A DNA stretch of 64,000 nucleotides, taken from positions 9,610,001 to 9,674,000 of the forward strand of contig CM075979.1 of assembly GCA_038087875.1 (NCBI GenBank), written 5' to 3'. Positions 24,481 to 38,188 of this stretch are shown one piece after another (the stretch's first letter is position 1; every line of letters begins with the position of its first letter). A model generated the notes under the pieces. It ran no database searches and was not told where the DNA came from. It worked only from the letters and a program-made list of their open reading frames with translations. The position numbers were made by a program, and so were the translations under genes. The DNA comes from Malacoraja senta (taxonomy: Eukaryota).

Positions 24481-25352
24481 ATGCATTTGCTATTTAGTAA
24501 CAGAGGAAAGATGGGAATGGATTCATTTCACTCCTAACACGTCAGGATTACTAACACTACAAATATCTTGGATCACTGCTGAAGTTTGAATCTGGTAGAA
24601 CAGGAGAATTAACCTCTATAATCATTTTTTAAATATTCCCAGGCCAGCCACATTTTGCTTAATAAAACTGAGGAAAATAATTGTAGCGGCATTTACAGCA
24701 GAAAATATGTTCACAGTATATCATGTCCGTTATCAATCAGCTCACAATGCATGTTAAACTATTTTCTCAAAACTAATGTAGACATGAGGAATTGCAGATG
24801 CTGCTTTACAAAAAAAGACACAAAGTGCTGGCGTAATGCCCTAGTTAATGCAAGCCTGTGATCAGTAGTAGGAATTTGTAACAATATTAACATTAAGTAC
24901 TACATTGAGATTTCTATTATTTTCGTTCAATACAACATATGCTAGGAATTGCAAATGATGAATAGCAAAAATTATTAATATGCCAGACTGTATTTTGTTG
25001 CAAAGATATTTTAATTCAGATCTACAGCAAAGAGATGGAATAAAGTACCAGCCAATCTAAGCAATTAATTTGACAAATGACCCGCAGACATATAATAGTG
25101 CACATCCTTGCCTTACAGTTTATTCACGAGAGTTACAGAAAAATTCTTGACCCACAAACTGAAAGTGTAGCAAAGAGTTCTTTGCCCTCCCCCACCCCAA
25201 ACGCTTCTTCCTTTTGGGAAGATAATAGCTTCTATGAAAAATAACTTTCTGCACAGTCAAATGTAAGACATAGCTCATTTTGTTATTAACTTGCAAAACA
25301 ACTTATTCTTTTGTAGATTTATTTTTAAAAAGTAAACCTCAGTGTTTCCTAC

Positions 25353-25459
25353 CTCAATAGTGAACAATTTTCGTTTCAATTTGAATGCAAGATCCTTTGT
25401 ATCAGGCACATCAGAGATTAAACAATTAAGCCGAGGAAGCTGGCGAACATGGAATAAAC
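25353..25459 (-). CDS. ELP4: ELP4 internal coding exon (equivalent to human exon 9), 107 bp
   Basis: Acceptor ttttccttaag| and donor GAG|gtagga. Encodes (G)[35 protein letters not shown]; the phase-1 junction matches the preceding exon. Confidence 0.96.
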
Positions 25460-26485
25460 CTTAAGGAAAATTTAAATTAAGAAAAAACATGCTATCATGC
25501 AGCTGCATAAATTAAACAAGCTGATAGCAGAACTCTCCACAATTACATTCCTCACTGTCCCTTTTTAAACCAGGGATCGCCATCAGAAGCAATGAAGCAA
25601 ACAGTGTGATTATGCTCAAGTAATCAAGCAGAATAAGATAAACAAAAATCCTTGTTCAAGTAAAACTAATTATATTTAGGTACAGATATGACATCCACAA
25701 AAAGAATTCTGACGGTTGTCAAAACGGAGGCCCATTTGTGATATTTTCTCTTATATTTACAGTAAGCAAATGTGGCTATCACCTTGCTTGCTGCCCAAAA
25801 GCATTGCTGAATGATCTTTATTTTATTAAATGCACCAGTAAGCAGCCACGAAAACATGGCTTATGGGTTGGAAACCTTGACTGACTGCAGCTTTTATAAA
25901 TTAAATGTATTTTGAGGCTTCAGCCATTGACAAATTGTCACATGCTGTTGTGGTAAATAGCCCTTAAAATGGGGCACAAAATTCAGAATGGATGTGTAAA
26001 ACAAATGAATATTTGGAAATGAAGCTCATTTATGACCGTTAGGAACTGGTGTATACATGAGGTCTGCTTTTAGCTTCGAGCGGTGTGAGCTCAAATCTAA
26101 GCTGATCTTTTGTGACAGGAACATTGGCTGAGTTGGTGCAGTCTAGTCATGGTTAAGGGAATTGGTAAGCTCACTGGCCGAGTGGCTGCCTGGCTTCCTC
26201 TGCGCGAGTATTCCCAAAAGCCTGCCTACAATGATGCACATCTGATTGAGCACTGTCTTGGTAATTTGGCTTGACAACATGCGAGTAGTTGCCATGTTAC
26301 TTTCACAGTCCTAATGCACAGTAAAAGATAAACAGTCTGACCAATAGATTGCTACATTGGGAGACCGTCAAAATGCAGATTCTGAAATGAAATCAATTAC
26401 TACCTTATGGCAGACAAACTAATTAAAGAGCAAACTGTTAAATATCTATAAATCACTTGGGTACTTTGGTCACAATTAGACTTAC

Positions 26486-26594
26486 CATGATAGTCCTTGT
26501 AGATTGGATTGGTTTCTCTCTCAGAAGCATTAAATGATTCGAGACCAATCACAGTATCTGATAATTTTACCACACGGCCTATAACTGCTTTGTT
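26486..26594 (-). CDS. ELP4: ELP4 internal coding exon (equivalent to human exon 8), 109 bp
   Basis: Acceptor ctacag| and donor CAT G|gtaag. Encodes [36 protein letters not shown](G), within ORF 26400..26702. Confidence 0.96.
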
Positions 26595-29500
26595 CTGTAG
26601 AGGATAGAAGAAAATAGATTTAAAGAATTTATAAAAAGGAAAAGAACAGAATAAGTTTAGGTTACCCCCATAAATAAATAAAGGTAACTTAAAGCTTATC
26701 AATGATTAGATAGTTCCCGAATTCATCTTTGTTAAGATTAAAATTTTAGTGGAAAAAATATTTTGGTTACAAATACATACAATGTTGATTTATGTGAAGT
26801 AATGAAATTAAGTGAATACTTAGTTATTATTTTACATTTAAATATTTCAATTGCATTAAAAGTCACATTACTGCTGTTAGTTTTTTTTCACTGTTAGCTT
26901 CCATTGAGTAGATTTTATGGACAGCATAATGCTTTCTTTCATGCCAATTCATCTGCTATACACCAATTGTAAAAGGAAAACAGCTTCAAAGCTGCAAAGT
27001 CATTGCCCTTCAATGCATCGTTTCTTGGTGCATTTTAATAAAAGAAAACACAAAGCGTACAAAGTGTCCTGCATTAAATTATTACTGTTTAGGATGGATT
27101 GCTATTGCTAATCTATCTCTAAAGATCTTCATGTTCATGTAAAATTATCTATCCTGTAATGCTACGTATTAGGAAGAAAATGTACAAATAATAGCAGGCT
27201 CTACGAAAGCTGACATCTTAAAACATAACTTAATTTTGCAGGATTCGTTTCTTGTTTTGTTTCTTACTGTGTCCTTTTTGTTTTAAGCCGTGCCTGCCTT
27301 TTATCTATTAAGACAGACTGCATTTTAGGCTGCTTTATATTCTTTCGGTTTTTACGAAACGTTTCCCATTTCTTATGCTATTTCCATTTAAGTTGTTTGA
27401 GCCTTGGCTTCTATCTGTTTTTTTTTATTGTTTCAGCGTGATTTGATTTTATACACTGGACTTCTGAGTTGCTGTTGGCTCAGGTTGGGGGAAGTAGGGA
27501 AATAAGAGAACTAACTGGACATGGTATTGCTGAGGCTGGGCTGGAGGCAGCAGTGCTGGCAACCAGTACTGAGGTGCCTCATGTGCAAAATATATTGGTA
27601 GGCAAGGCCCAGCTGAAGGGTGAGAGCTCCAGGAATACAGCAGAAGGCAAGCTTAAGGTCCCCGAGAGAGGGAAGGCCTGCACAGGAAAAAGCTGTTGGA
27701 GGTATTGAAAGATTATGCATTGAGTTGATTAACAAAAAGACCAAGTCTATCATGGTTAAAGAAGGTAATTTAAAGTATAATTTAGGGTCATATTGTCAAC
27801 ACGAGAACATTAAAAGGAGGTATGCACAAAACTTGAGATTTCATTTATATAGGTGATCGAAGAAACTAAAAAAATGAAAATAACATCTGCTTTATTCAAT
27901 ATAATGAAATGTTTTGTGCTGATTCACACGGGCAATAATTTTTCAAGGTTTTAAATTGCAGATAAATGATTCTTGGTTATAAAATGGGTTTAGCTAATTT
28001 TTCTGTTTTATAATCAGCTAGTACTTTGTAACGGAAATCACAATGTTTTTAATGCACATTCCTGATATAATATTGGCACATACAAAATGTTGTTAGTCAT
28101 GAATTATAGTATTTGACATAATCCAGTGCTGCAAGTACATTAAGCTGTAAAGCTGTACAAATGAACTTCATTTACAAAGATAGCTTAAAGCTGGATGTGC
28201 ATTATGATGGGAGATAAGACATGTACATTGATAAGTCAATTTGTAAAATAATCAACTTGCAATACATGTCATTCTACTCACTTAATCACCATTTTGTATT
28301 ACCAGAAAATACCTTACTATCCTTATTAATAAGTTCATGCCCAAAGGCAGTGTTACATCGCCTTTTAAGAGGACATAGTTTACCCTTTATTCTGGTTTAT
28401 ATTAGAGAGGGATATCATATGTTCCAAAATAAATTAATTGTTTGGAAGGCTAGTCAAAATTATGCAGTTGTTTTTCTTTAGGGAAAAAAATTCTAACGTG
28501 TGCTAATGTACTTAGGTGAAAGCAGAGTAAGCAATAAATGACAATATTCAGGGTGTTGCACAAGCATTGAAAATAAATAAAACTTTATACTTCGGTGTAA
28601 AAAAAATCTATAGTTTACACAAATGATTCATAATTCAAAAGTCAATAGACAAAAAAACCCAATAATAAATCTGTGAATCCTATGACACTCTTCAGATTGT
28701 AGGTACCCAGGTGATTTACAGTCTTACAATTATAGTGCCAATATTATGCACCATCAACATTCTATTTATTCAGCAGAAGAATATTTGTCATCAATAAATC
28801 TCTGACTTGATAACCAACTATGAAAAAAGATACAATTCATTTTCTGGGTTTATATTGTCAAAATCTCCCAACTGAATTAATTGGTTGAGTCTTTTCACAT
28901 TTCCTACTTTTGCAACAATGATTAGCGATTGTTTTATTGTCAGTCTATGCTTGGCCTGTGGAAAAGTTCCTCCATAAATAATGTTATCAAACTACGTGAA
29001 ATGACTTAACATGAAGATAGTCGATGATGCCATCTTCAATTTAATGTCATCAATTCCCCATGTTATCAAGATCTAAGTGAATGTACAGAAAATTACCATC
29101 AAGATGGTACCATCAGTGTATAACTCTAAATGGACCATGGGTCAATAAACAGACAAATCAATTATTTAAACCTTGTAAACTCAAGACTGTTAAAACAAAA
29201 CAGGGAAGAAAAGGGTGAGATGAAAATATTCAGACTAACGTCAGCAAATACATACACAAAAGCTGTTCAAAATTTAGGAGGCAATAAAAACAGCTGACTC
29301 CTGTAATGAAGGTGCTGGCTACAGATATTGAAACTTCCAAATGAGCTTATACTAATCCTGTACCAAGTGTTCGCACGTTGATGGGAGAAAAATGATAGCC
29401 TGTCATCAGAAGCAGACAGGCAGGCCTCGGTCCAGATGGGAGACTGGCTGGAAGAGGGGGCAGGTGGGAAGAATGATGGGAATGTGCTGGTATACAGAAG

Positions 29501-32500
29501 ACTACTCCCTCTGCTGGCCAGATTGTCACCTGTTATGATTTGAGCAGCCTTGTGTACCATGACATGAGTAATATTAGTATTCTATGATTCTTTAAATAAT
29601 ATTCTGCACTGCCCAACCCCCTCCCAGTCTGAAGGATTTTTTAAAAAATATTTCCTTTAGGCTTTCAGATAAAAACAGCCCTTTACTGTAGTGGAAACAT
29701 CCACCAGTCCTTCAATCAAGCTCACATTTAAGTCAATGTTCTGTTTCTAGGGATTAATTACCAGCAATATGTGAAATGATAAAGTTGCTATTAATTAAGT
29801 TAAAAAGGGCATTAATACCACCGTGATGCTCATTCACTACTTTCTAAATAAATCATTTCATCTCTGCACAAGAATTCTTTAAGTAATATGTTATTATCCA
29901 CAATGATTTATACCAATTCAGTGATGAGCATGATAATTAAGACATCCAAGTCAGCCGAATGTGAAAACTAATAATACACAGATGTGACAGTAATGCAAGT
30001 TTTCTGTATTTTGATGGATACAAAGAGCATATTGGACACAGGAAAAATACAAGTGAGTGCTCTTAATTACAGCTACAATGAAGCATTTCTTTGATTTTTG
30101 TTCCCAGAAGCAGCCTTTTTCTTTGCCCCCTCCTTTGCTTGCCAGGTTATTAGGGCTACCAGTGCCTTCTGTTACAGGATCTAACTGCACTTCTGTTTCA
30201 TGAGATTTTGGCCTTAAACCAGCATCTCCCAGAGCAGGAGGGATCAGCTTTTTCCCCACTGTTTTCATATAAAGCCTGGCTTCAAAGTTACTCCAGCTCC
30301 TTGCTTTCCAGAAGGTTCCATCCCAGGAACTCTCGCCTGCCATTTGGTTTGCTTTCTCATCTCAAAGGAATTGGCTTGCAGTGTTTCCCGATGTTGAACT
30401 GGCATTTGCTCTATGGAGTGAGTTATTATTAAACTTTTAGGTCAATTGTGGCACTAACAACTCTTCAGAAGCTTTCAGACACACAGTACAATTTGCCTGC
30501 TAATTAAATATTAATATAAAGTGGTGCATTTGTAGATAAGAGCTTTCATGCTCTTTCTTCTCTTTCAGATGGGGGAGTAACGTTCTAAAGCACATTTCAA
30601 GAGTTCTATATTGCAATACACACTTCAGCCTGTGAAAAAAGCCACATGCTTGTGCAGTAAAAATACTAAAATGAAAGTTAAAAATGGAAACAGGCAAAAC
30701 AAAGAAAATAGAATTTTCATCCTGCTCCTACCCTTCAGGTCTTTCAATTCATGGTTAAGCAAATATCCAGTAGAAACAAAATTTGTATGTCCACATTATG
30801 TTGTATAATGATGACACGGACAAGACACAATCAACAAACCTAATACTTGAAAGTCAGTGCCATATGTATACAATTTCATATACATGCCTTGTGTCTGCGT
30901 CTCTAAATGGGGCAAATCCAGAGGTTGTTTTGTCCCTTTGTTCTGAATAGTTTACCAATGACCGAGTTTCTGTGTAATTACCGACTGTAGAGTATGGAAG
31001 CCAAAGATTCCATATGCCTGAACAGATGACTATTCCCACACCATGATGAGAAGTTGACTGACTCAGGCTTACATCATTTAGTTGTGGACCTAAAAACACC
31101 AGGCCTTGTTCCCAGATATGTTTTGTCCAACTCTATTTCACTTACGTATATTTAGACAAATTAATTGGATGATGTTGCACAACTAAGCTTAATCCCGGGG
31201 AGTCTTTTACAGGTGCTTCTAAAAAGTTCTGCACTTTTAACATTGTGGAAATTTCTAAGAATTAATAAATGGACTGAATAATAGTAACACAATATCTAGT
31301 GAGCATAATATTGTTGCATTTACTTGATCCGTATGTTACTTCAGAATAAATAATATTAAATAAACATGGGTTGAAATCAGTCCTAGACACTTGCAATCTG
31401 ACTCTGACCCCATCCGGATAAGTAATTCCATTCAAAACTGCTGCTGTTAGTTCTATGGGCACCCATCAGGTTCCAAAAGAGAGTTGAATATGGAATCTAT
31501 ATCTCTCTCTCAACACTTTGAAGTAAGTACTTGAATGAACAATCCTATACTTCATGTTATGTGAATTCTCTTTGTGTACCAGATATAGATGCTTAGTCTT
31601 GTAACCAGCAATAAAGAAAGCTATCTGTTGAAAGGGTATACTTATTTTAACTAATTTACCATTTATATTCAAGTAACGTTCCATGACAAATAATGTTGAC
31701 ACTGATAGCGCCTTCCCTACATGTTTTCTTTTTTTCTGTCATAATCATTGCAAAGGAAATAAAACAGTATGCTAGATGTACGGTTATGAGATCCCACACT
31801 GTCTCCAATGATTGGAGAATTAGCAGCACGTGATGTTGTTTGAAGTTGTGGCAGAGCAGGAGCAGCAGGGGAGCTCTCTACTTTCCAATAAAAAGGCAGG
31901 TTTCTGAGGAATCGTTCTTCTTTTCATCATTTGTGGAACTGAAGAAAACAAAGTTGTTCAACAATGTGAACAGCTGCTATTATTAAACTAAAAGTCCACC
32001 AGTGCTTGAGACTGAGAGGCCCACATGTTCAGCTGTCCTCTCATCTTGCCATCCTATCCAATTAACTATTAACATGGAGGGCTTTACACATGCTCTCAGG
32101 GACTCTTTAACAGGCTTCTTGGAGAGTTAAACAACTGCACAGCAGGGACTCTGGGAACTGAGTAGCACTGACTGCATGAAAATTCTTGCCAGCTTCACTC
32201 CACTTAATGACAGCTCACTCTGCAGTTCAGTGTTTGATTGAGACGGTCAGAAAATTTAACCATTTTTTTCAAAATAGATCTGCCTATCAGAAACTTCTGC
32301 TTGTAAAACTAAACACAGTAATTCTTAACAAATACATCCGCCCCTTCAAAACATTGATACAACAGTGGAATGCAGAAATAGTTATTTTTACTGACGCTAA
32401 TAATGTATCTACATTTACAGCAACATTAACAGCTGTCCATGCAACCAATAGTGAGCACAGCTGGAGTCTGAAGTATTCAATTTTTGGTGCAACTTAAATT

Positions 32501-33564
32501 AGCCTAACGTTTATGGATTATTCGATGTAGAATGTTCCTGCAACCATCGTATTTTCAAAAGTAAATTTGAATGCCCATCAACAGAGTCCCTTTATAAAGA
32601 TTTTATTTGGTTATTCACTCTTGTAGTTTCTTGATTAGTTTTACAGATTTCTCCAAGTAACCAGGACATCAGTTCCTCACTGACTTTGCCAATAGTCACT
32701 TTGACAATACTTTGAATTCTTGTCTTTTTTTTTTAAAGGAACTTGATAATTTGCAGATAGAATAAAACTCCTTAAAGAACTCATTAAATGTTCACAATAT
32801 TTGCTTGGCATGTCTCCAATATGTCTTTTCCCTTCATAAGGAACATTAGAGCACTTCCTCTGAATTTCTAAGAAACCCCATGAGAACCAAAACAGTTCAA
32901 CGTCTTAGGATTAGTGCAGTCACTGCCACTCAAACAGAAGTATCAACTGAATCTTAAGTGAATCTAAGTTAATTTTAGAGAGGATTGGAACACAATTTAG
33001 AAACTACCAAATAACACTGTCCAATTCTGATGTACTTTATTTGTATATATATATTAAGCTAAGCAGCCATCAAGTTAAGGTGTTTTTTACTTTAATTACT
33101 AATTATTTTGTACAGGTTTTGAGCATACAACATAATGTTAGGCCAGGACAGGTTGTAAAATATTACAAAGTGTAATGCCAAAATAGTTGGCTTAATTGAA
33201 GGCTTCCAGTCTGTGCTGAGGTTTCTCTTGACTGCACTCTTGACATTGGCCACACGGTCCAGCAGTGGAGCGTAACCTTGATGCTACAACCCAGTGGCGA
33301 TGCTGGGAAATCTGCTTAATAAACCTGAAGCAGGAACAGCCCATTAATTCCAATGAAGAAGAATGGCCGATGAGAACCAGGATTTTAATAAATTTTTCTA
33401 CTTCTTATTAATTGGATTTTCGTGCTCTTGTTAATTGTATTTTATTGTTTTTTCCCCAGTGTTTGAGGGTGTTCATATTCTTTAAAGCTCTTGACATGTT
33501 TCATAGTCATCAAAGACTTGGGACATCGTTTAGCTGACTTGCAATGTTTTTCAATTATTTTGAG

Positions 33565-33735
33565 AGCATCTCTGGAGAAAATGGACAGGTGACGTTTTGG
33601 GTCAGAGTCTGAAGAAGGATCCCAACCTGAAAAGTCACCTATCCATTTTCTCCAGAGACACGGCTTGACCCGCAGAGTTACTCCAGTATTTCGTGTCTAT
33701 CTTTGGTATGAACCAGCATCTGCAGTTCCTTTTTA
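33565..33735. mobile_element. Penelope-terminus-derived palindromic short repeat
   Basis: tctctggagaaaatggacaggtgac ... gtcacctatccattttctccagaga inverted arms; same family as the copies near 6050, 14837, 18585, 34385, 43300 and 46790. Confidence 0.65.
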
Positions 33736-34171
33736 TTACAGAACCATTTTCTTGGAATGCACAAGGATAGACAACAGTGAATGAAAATCAAATTCCAAAT
33801 TTGTGGTGCAATTTAGATGGAACTAACAGAGAAAAGGCTGGAATTACTCGACAAGTCCAATTGCATGTTAGAGTGGAGTGGATTTAATATTTTGTCTTTC
33901 ATCATAAATGATATGAATATTTTCAAAGTTTTGTTTTTATTTCCGATTCCTAACATCTGCAATGTTTTGCTTTTGGATTACAGAATAGGCAGAAATTGTT
34001 CACAGATCTTTCTGTCTATCCAAGAAAATAGTTGTTGCGTTGTTGCTGGAAAAAATAGCTCTGAGAAGTGGACTACATTTATATACACTATTTTATCAAT
34101 AGAAAATAATTATTTAATCATTTCAGGTAGTTAACCCAGCCATTTAAAAATGTAGCAAATGACTTGTAAAA

Positions 34172-34230
34172 ACACACACACATGTGTGTGCGTGCGTGCG
34201 TGCGTGCGTGCGTGCGTGTGTGTGTGTGTA
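34172..34230. repeat. Alternating purine-pyrimidine microsatellite (AC)n-(TG)n-(TGCG)n-(TG)n
   Basis: Direct reading; about 59 bp of uninterrupted alternation. Confidence 0.9.
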
Positions 34231-34794
34231 AAAATAAAAATACATTACAGAATTTAATGGATAATGGATAATGGAAATGTTAACGACTTGGTCAAATACC
34301 TTGACCATTTCAATGAACTTGAATATAACTTGATCTTCAATAGAACTTGAAATTTCAACAATATGTAAAAAAAAAAAAAAAAGGGACCCCGCAGATGCTG
34401 AAAATACTCAGGTGGTCAGGCAGCATCTGTAGAAAGGGAAACACGATGAATGTTTCAGATTGAAGACCCTTATTGGATCTACCGGGAATGAGAGAAATAT
34501 TTATGAAGGGTCTTTCACTGGTAACATTAATTCTGTTTCTCTTTCTGTTGATCTGCTGAGTTTCCAGCATTTTCTATTTTTATTGCAGCATTCCAAAATC
34601 AGCATTTAAAAATGTTCAATGGTGGAAGATTGATAAATATAGATGTCTATTATCAAAGAATAAAACTAATTTGATTGAAAATGCCAAATTCTTCCAATGT
34701 GGAGGCCCAAGAAAATGATCAAATAAGGCCATATCAGACTGCATTACAATGTAAATTCCATTGAAAAGTCATCCATCCCAATAAATTTCCAAAT

Positions 34795-35191
34795 TCTCCC
34801 CTACTTGCGCAAAAGGCAACTTGCGTAAACTTGCACTTACATAAACAATTTTGTACTCAGTCCATTGTGCAATCAAGGCAATTTGTAATTTCTACAACAG
34901 GATCATTCAAGTCTATATCGTAAACAAGCCGGTAATGGTGGCGGTGCTTACCCAGAAGGCCGCACGCCACAGAAAGTGCCCCAAAGGTGAGATGGAACTC
35001 AAGCCTGCAATGTCGGTGCTTATCCAAAAGGCCACGTTCTGGAGAAAGTGCCCCAGACGCAACCAAACGCTGCTGAGACGGTTCTCACTGAGTTATTTCG
35101 GAGGGAATGGGGATGGCAATTCCAACATGCAAAATTTGACTTATGTAACTGTTCACAGAACATAACCCTTACATAAGTCAGGGAGAGCCTG
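34795..35191. mobile_element. Tc1/mariner superfamily (Tigger/pogo-like) non-autonomous element
   Basis: Right end cataagtcagggagagcctg|TA; left end tctcccctacttgcg is a truncated inverted copy. The paralogous empty site at about 35679-35684 reads TATATA. Confidence 0.6.
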
Positions 35192-35939
35192 TATCAAAAC
35201 TTCTTTAAAAAACAAAGTGAAACAATAGAAAAACTAAAACAAAATAAAGCCATAAAATGAAAATGTGCTTTCTTGAACAAGAAACAAAAGAAATAGGTAT
35301 GGGGGCATTTAGGTCCTGTTTCCTGCTTCACCATTCAATAAATTAGGGTTGATCTTTTATGTCATTGACATTTTTCCATACTAAATCTGTATCTATTGAT
35401 TCCTTTAATGTTAAACAAATATACTAATCTTTTCCCAGGGTATACTGGATTACTGAGCCTCCACAATTCTCATGTTCTTTTTTTTCCTTTGAAGAAATTT
35501 CTCATCCATGTTCTGATTGGCCTGTTAATTTGAAACCTTGGCCAGTCCATCTACCCTATCCAAAGAAATGTAATTCCAACATTGCAGTCCAAACTCCTCC
35601 TCAAGCCTTTTAACCAGATACAGACTGCACTTCAATGTAAATACCATTCAAAAATCATCCATCCCAATAAATTTTCAAATATATAAACTTCTTTAAAAAA
35701 ATAACAGTGAAACAATGGAAATATAACAAAATAAAGGCAGAAACAGAAAATGTGCTTTCTTGAACAAATCTAAAACTGTCACCTCTAGATAATGTTAGAA
35801 GATTGTGAAATAAAATCACTAATTTGCCGAGTTATTTCCTAGACGTAAAATATTTAGAGTTATATTTGCTGAAGAGAAGAAAATAATACATCACAAAGTA
35901 TTTCTCCTTAACTGGGTTTATAATTACTGCTTAAATGGG

Positions 35940-36340
35940 TTGGTTTGCTCGTTTGCAGATGAAACAAAAATTGGAGTTGTGGACAATGAAGAAGGTGTAC
36001 AGTATCATCGGTTGGGGCATTGAGTATAAAGTCAGGAAGTCATAATGCAATGAGAACTTTATAAATCTGTGGTTAAGCTGTATTTGGATTGTCTGCAGTT
36101 CTGGTCGCCCCTTCTGGAAGGATGTGGAGGCTTTGGAGAGGGTGCAGGAGATGTTTAGAGATTAGAGATTCCTTTATTTGTCATTCAGACCTTTCGGTCT
36201 GAACGAAATTTACCAGAATGCTGCCTGGATTTGAAGGTATTAGCTATAAGGAGGGTTTGGACAATCTTGGATTGTTTTCTCTGGAACATCAGAGGCTGAT
36301 CGGAGACCTAATATAAACGTATAAAATTATAAGAGCCAAA
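35940..36340 (+). mobile_element. Degenerate CR1 ORF2 fragment with a short nested LINE-tail insertion (about 36157-36210)
   Basis: tttgcagatgaaacaaaaattgg (FADxTK-like), gcagttctggtcgccc and accagaatgctgcctgga are CR1 landmarks. Confidence 0.7.
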
Positions 36341-38188
36341 AGACAAGGTAGTCTTATATGTAATTATCTCATGCAGAACATTGTTTCATAAAAATTCTGG
36401 TGGATAACTGGAAAGTGATGATAATGAAACTTCCATTGAATTTCAAAGATTATCACATTAGCCCTATTATAAATTCCAGTAAATTCTGCAATTGAACAAA
36501 GACTCAGTCATTGCTCGGAAATAGTTTATGAACATTGGTAATTGATAATGCAAAAAAATAGAAAACCATGTCAAGCAATCTCCCAAGTCATAGTTGTTGT
36601 TTTACAGTGAAAGAAATGTGAACCCAGAGGCTGACTTGAAGACTGTTGTGAAGTGCAGTGCCGCAAGGAACTACATCACCTTATTGCTAATGTCACATTG
36701 ATAGATGGCATGTTATTTTACGGAAAAGACTTCAATCTGAAGTCTTGTCCTTTACAAATGCGCCGCTGATTTAATACATTCAGAAGCAGACATGAATTGA
36801 AAATGACATTGTTAAAAATTATTGGAGAATATTCTCACAACCTCATTTTAATTCAAACATGTTTTGAATAATCTTCATATTAGTGTTAACAGATGAAAAT
36901 GATGAGTTCTGGCTTCTGAGTTTAAGTTTATGTAAGGGTAATTGGTTAAAATGTTAGCTACACCAGGCACAGGTCTCAATTCTCGCCAAAAATTTCCAGA
37001 ATGCTATGGAGGCAAGCATTTATAAAGTAGATTGTCCCAGAAAGTTACAGAACGTAGCTGCTTATAAAGGGCGAAGATTGTAACTGCACCGAGGCAAAGC
37101 AACAATAGCATCCCGAAATAAGTGTGGAAGGAACATTAACTGTATAAATATTTACATTCATATTTGGTATTTGCCAAATGATTCTTTGAGAAACCAATCT
37201 GGGATGTCAGCATTAATTCTTGATCAGTAAGGGTGTCAGGGGTTACGGGGTGAAGGCAGGAGAACGGGTTTGTGAGGGAAAGATTGAATGGTGGAGTAGA
37301 CTTGATTGGCCGAATAGCCTAATTCTGCTCCTAGAACTTATGAACATTGGTAAAAAGGATGAAATGGTAAACCGCAACTATGACTCTTGACATGAGAGAA
37401 CATAGAACAGTACAACACAGGAACAGGCCAAACATGATGCCAAGTTAAACTAATCTCATCTGCCTACATGTGATCTATATTGCTACATTCCCTGCATATC
37501 CTTGTGCTTATCCAAAAGCCTCTTAATCCCATACCATATAGCACAGAAGACCTGGTGGTTTACCCGTTGAGTTATTAATAAGTTATGCACGAGATGATGA
37601 AATACATCATCTGTATATCATAGTTTGACTACTGAGGTTCAAATGACCATGGTACTGGAATGCAGTTGCTATTGGTTGAACAGTTTCCAATAGTTCTGAA
37701 AAATCAGCTCAAATCCCAAGGGGAAGTTTGTTGGAGGTAAGATGCAGCACTGAGGTGAAAAAATGAGGAAAAACCTCACCAATTATTAATTAAAGCATAC
37801 GAGGCGATGGGCCTTACACCCAACAGCTGTGAGAGCAGGATCCTCCATCACCTGATCTCCACTGTACCACACTGCCCTCTGACAATAAAAAAAAATCACA
37901 GCTAGATCTTGGAAAATATGAACCATTTGCATACATAATCAAATGAAAATCACTATCTTCTCCTTGGTCAACATCCCTAGAATTAAAAATCTTAATTATT
38001 ATTTGTCTGCAATGTTGGGCTGGCTGTGTCATTCGACTCCTGAAACAGACAATCTATTGCACGCCCTGTTATGGCAAATTACCCGGTTGGACCCTTGATT
38101 TATCGAAAAGGAGCATTTGAGATGTAAAAATAACAATCTCAAACATTGTATTGATCAGTAGGAGGATGAAATACCAAATATTGATTAA

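Noticed and set aside
1-25352. ELP4 terminal exon or PAX6 exons
   Set aside because: No LHLPPDLS-like, paired-domain or homeodomain coding sequence was seen; the last ELP4 intron is known to be very long, so these should lie beyond the left edge.
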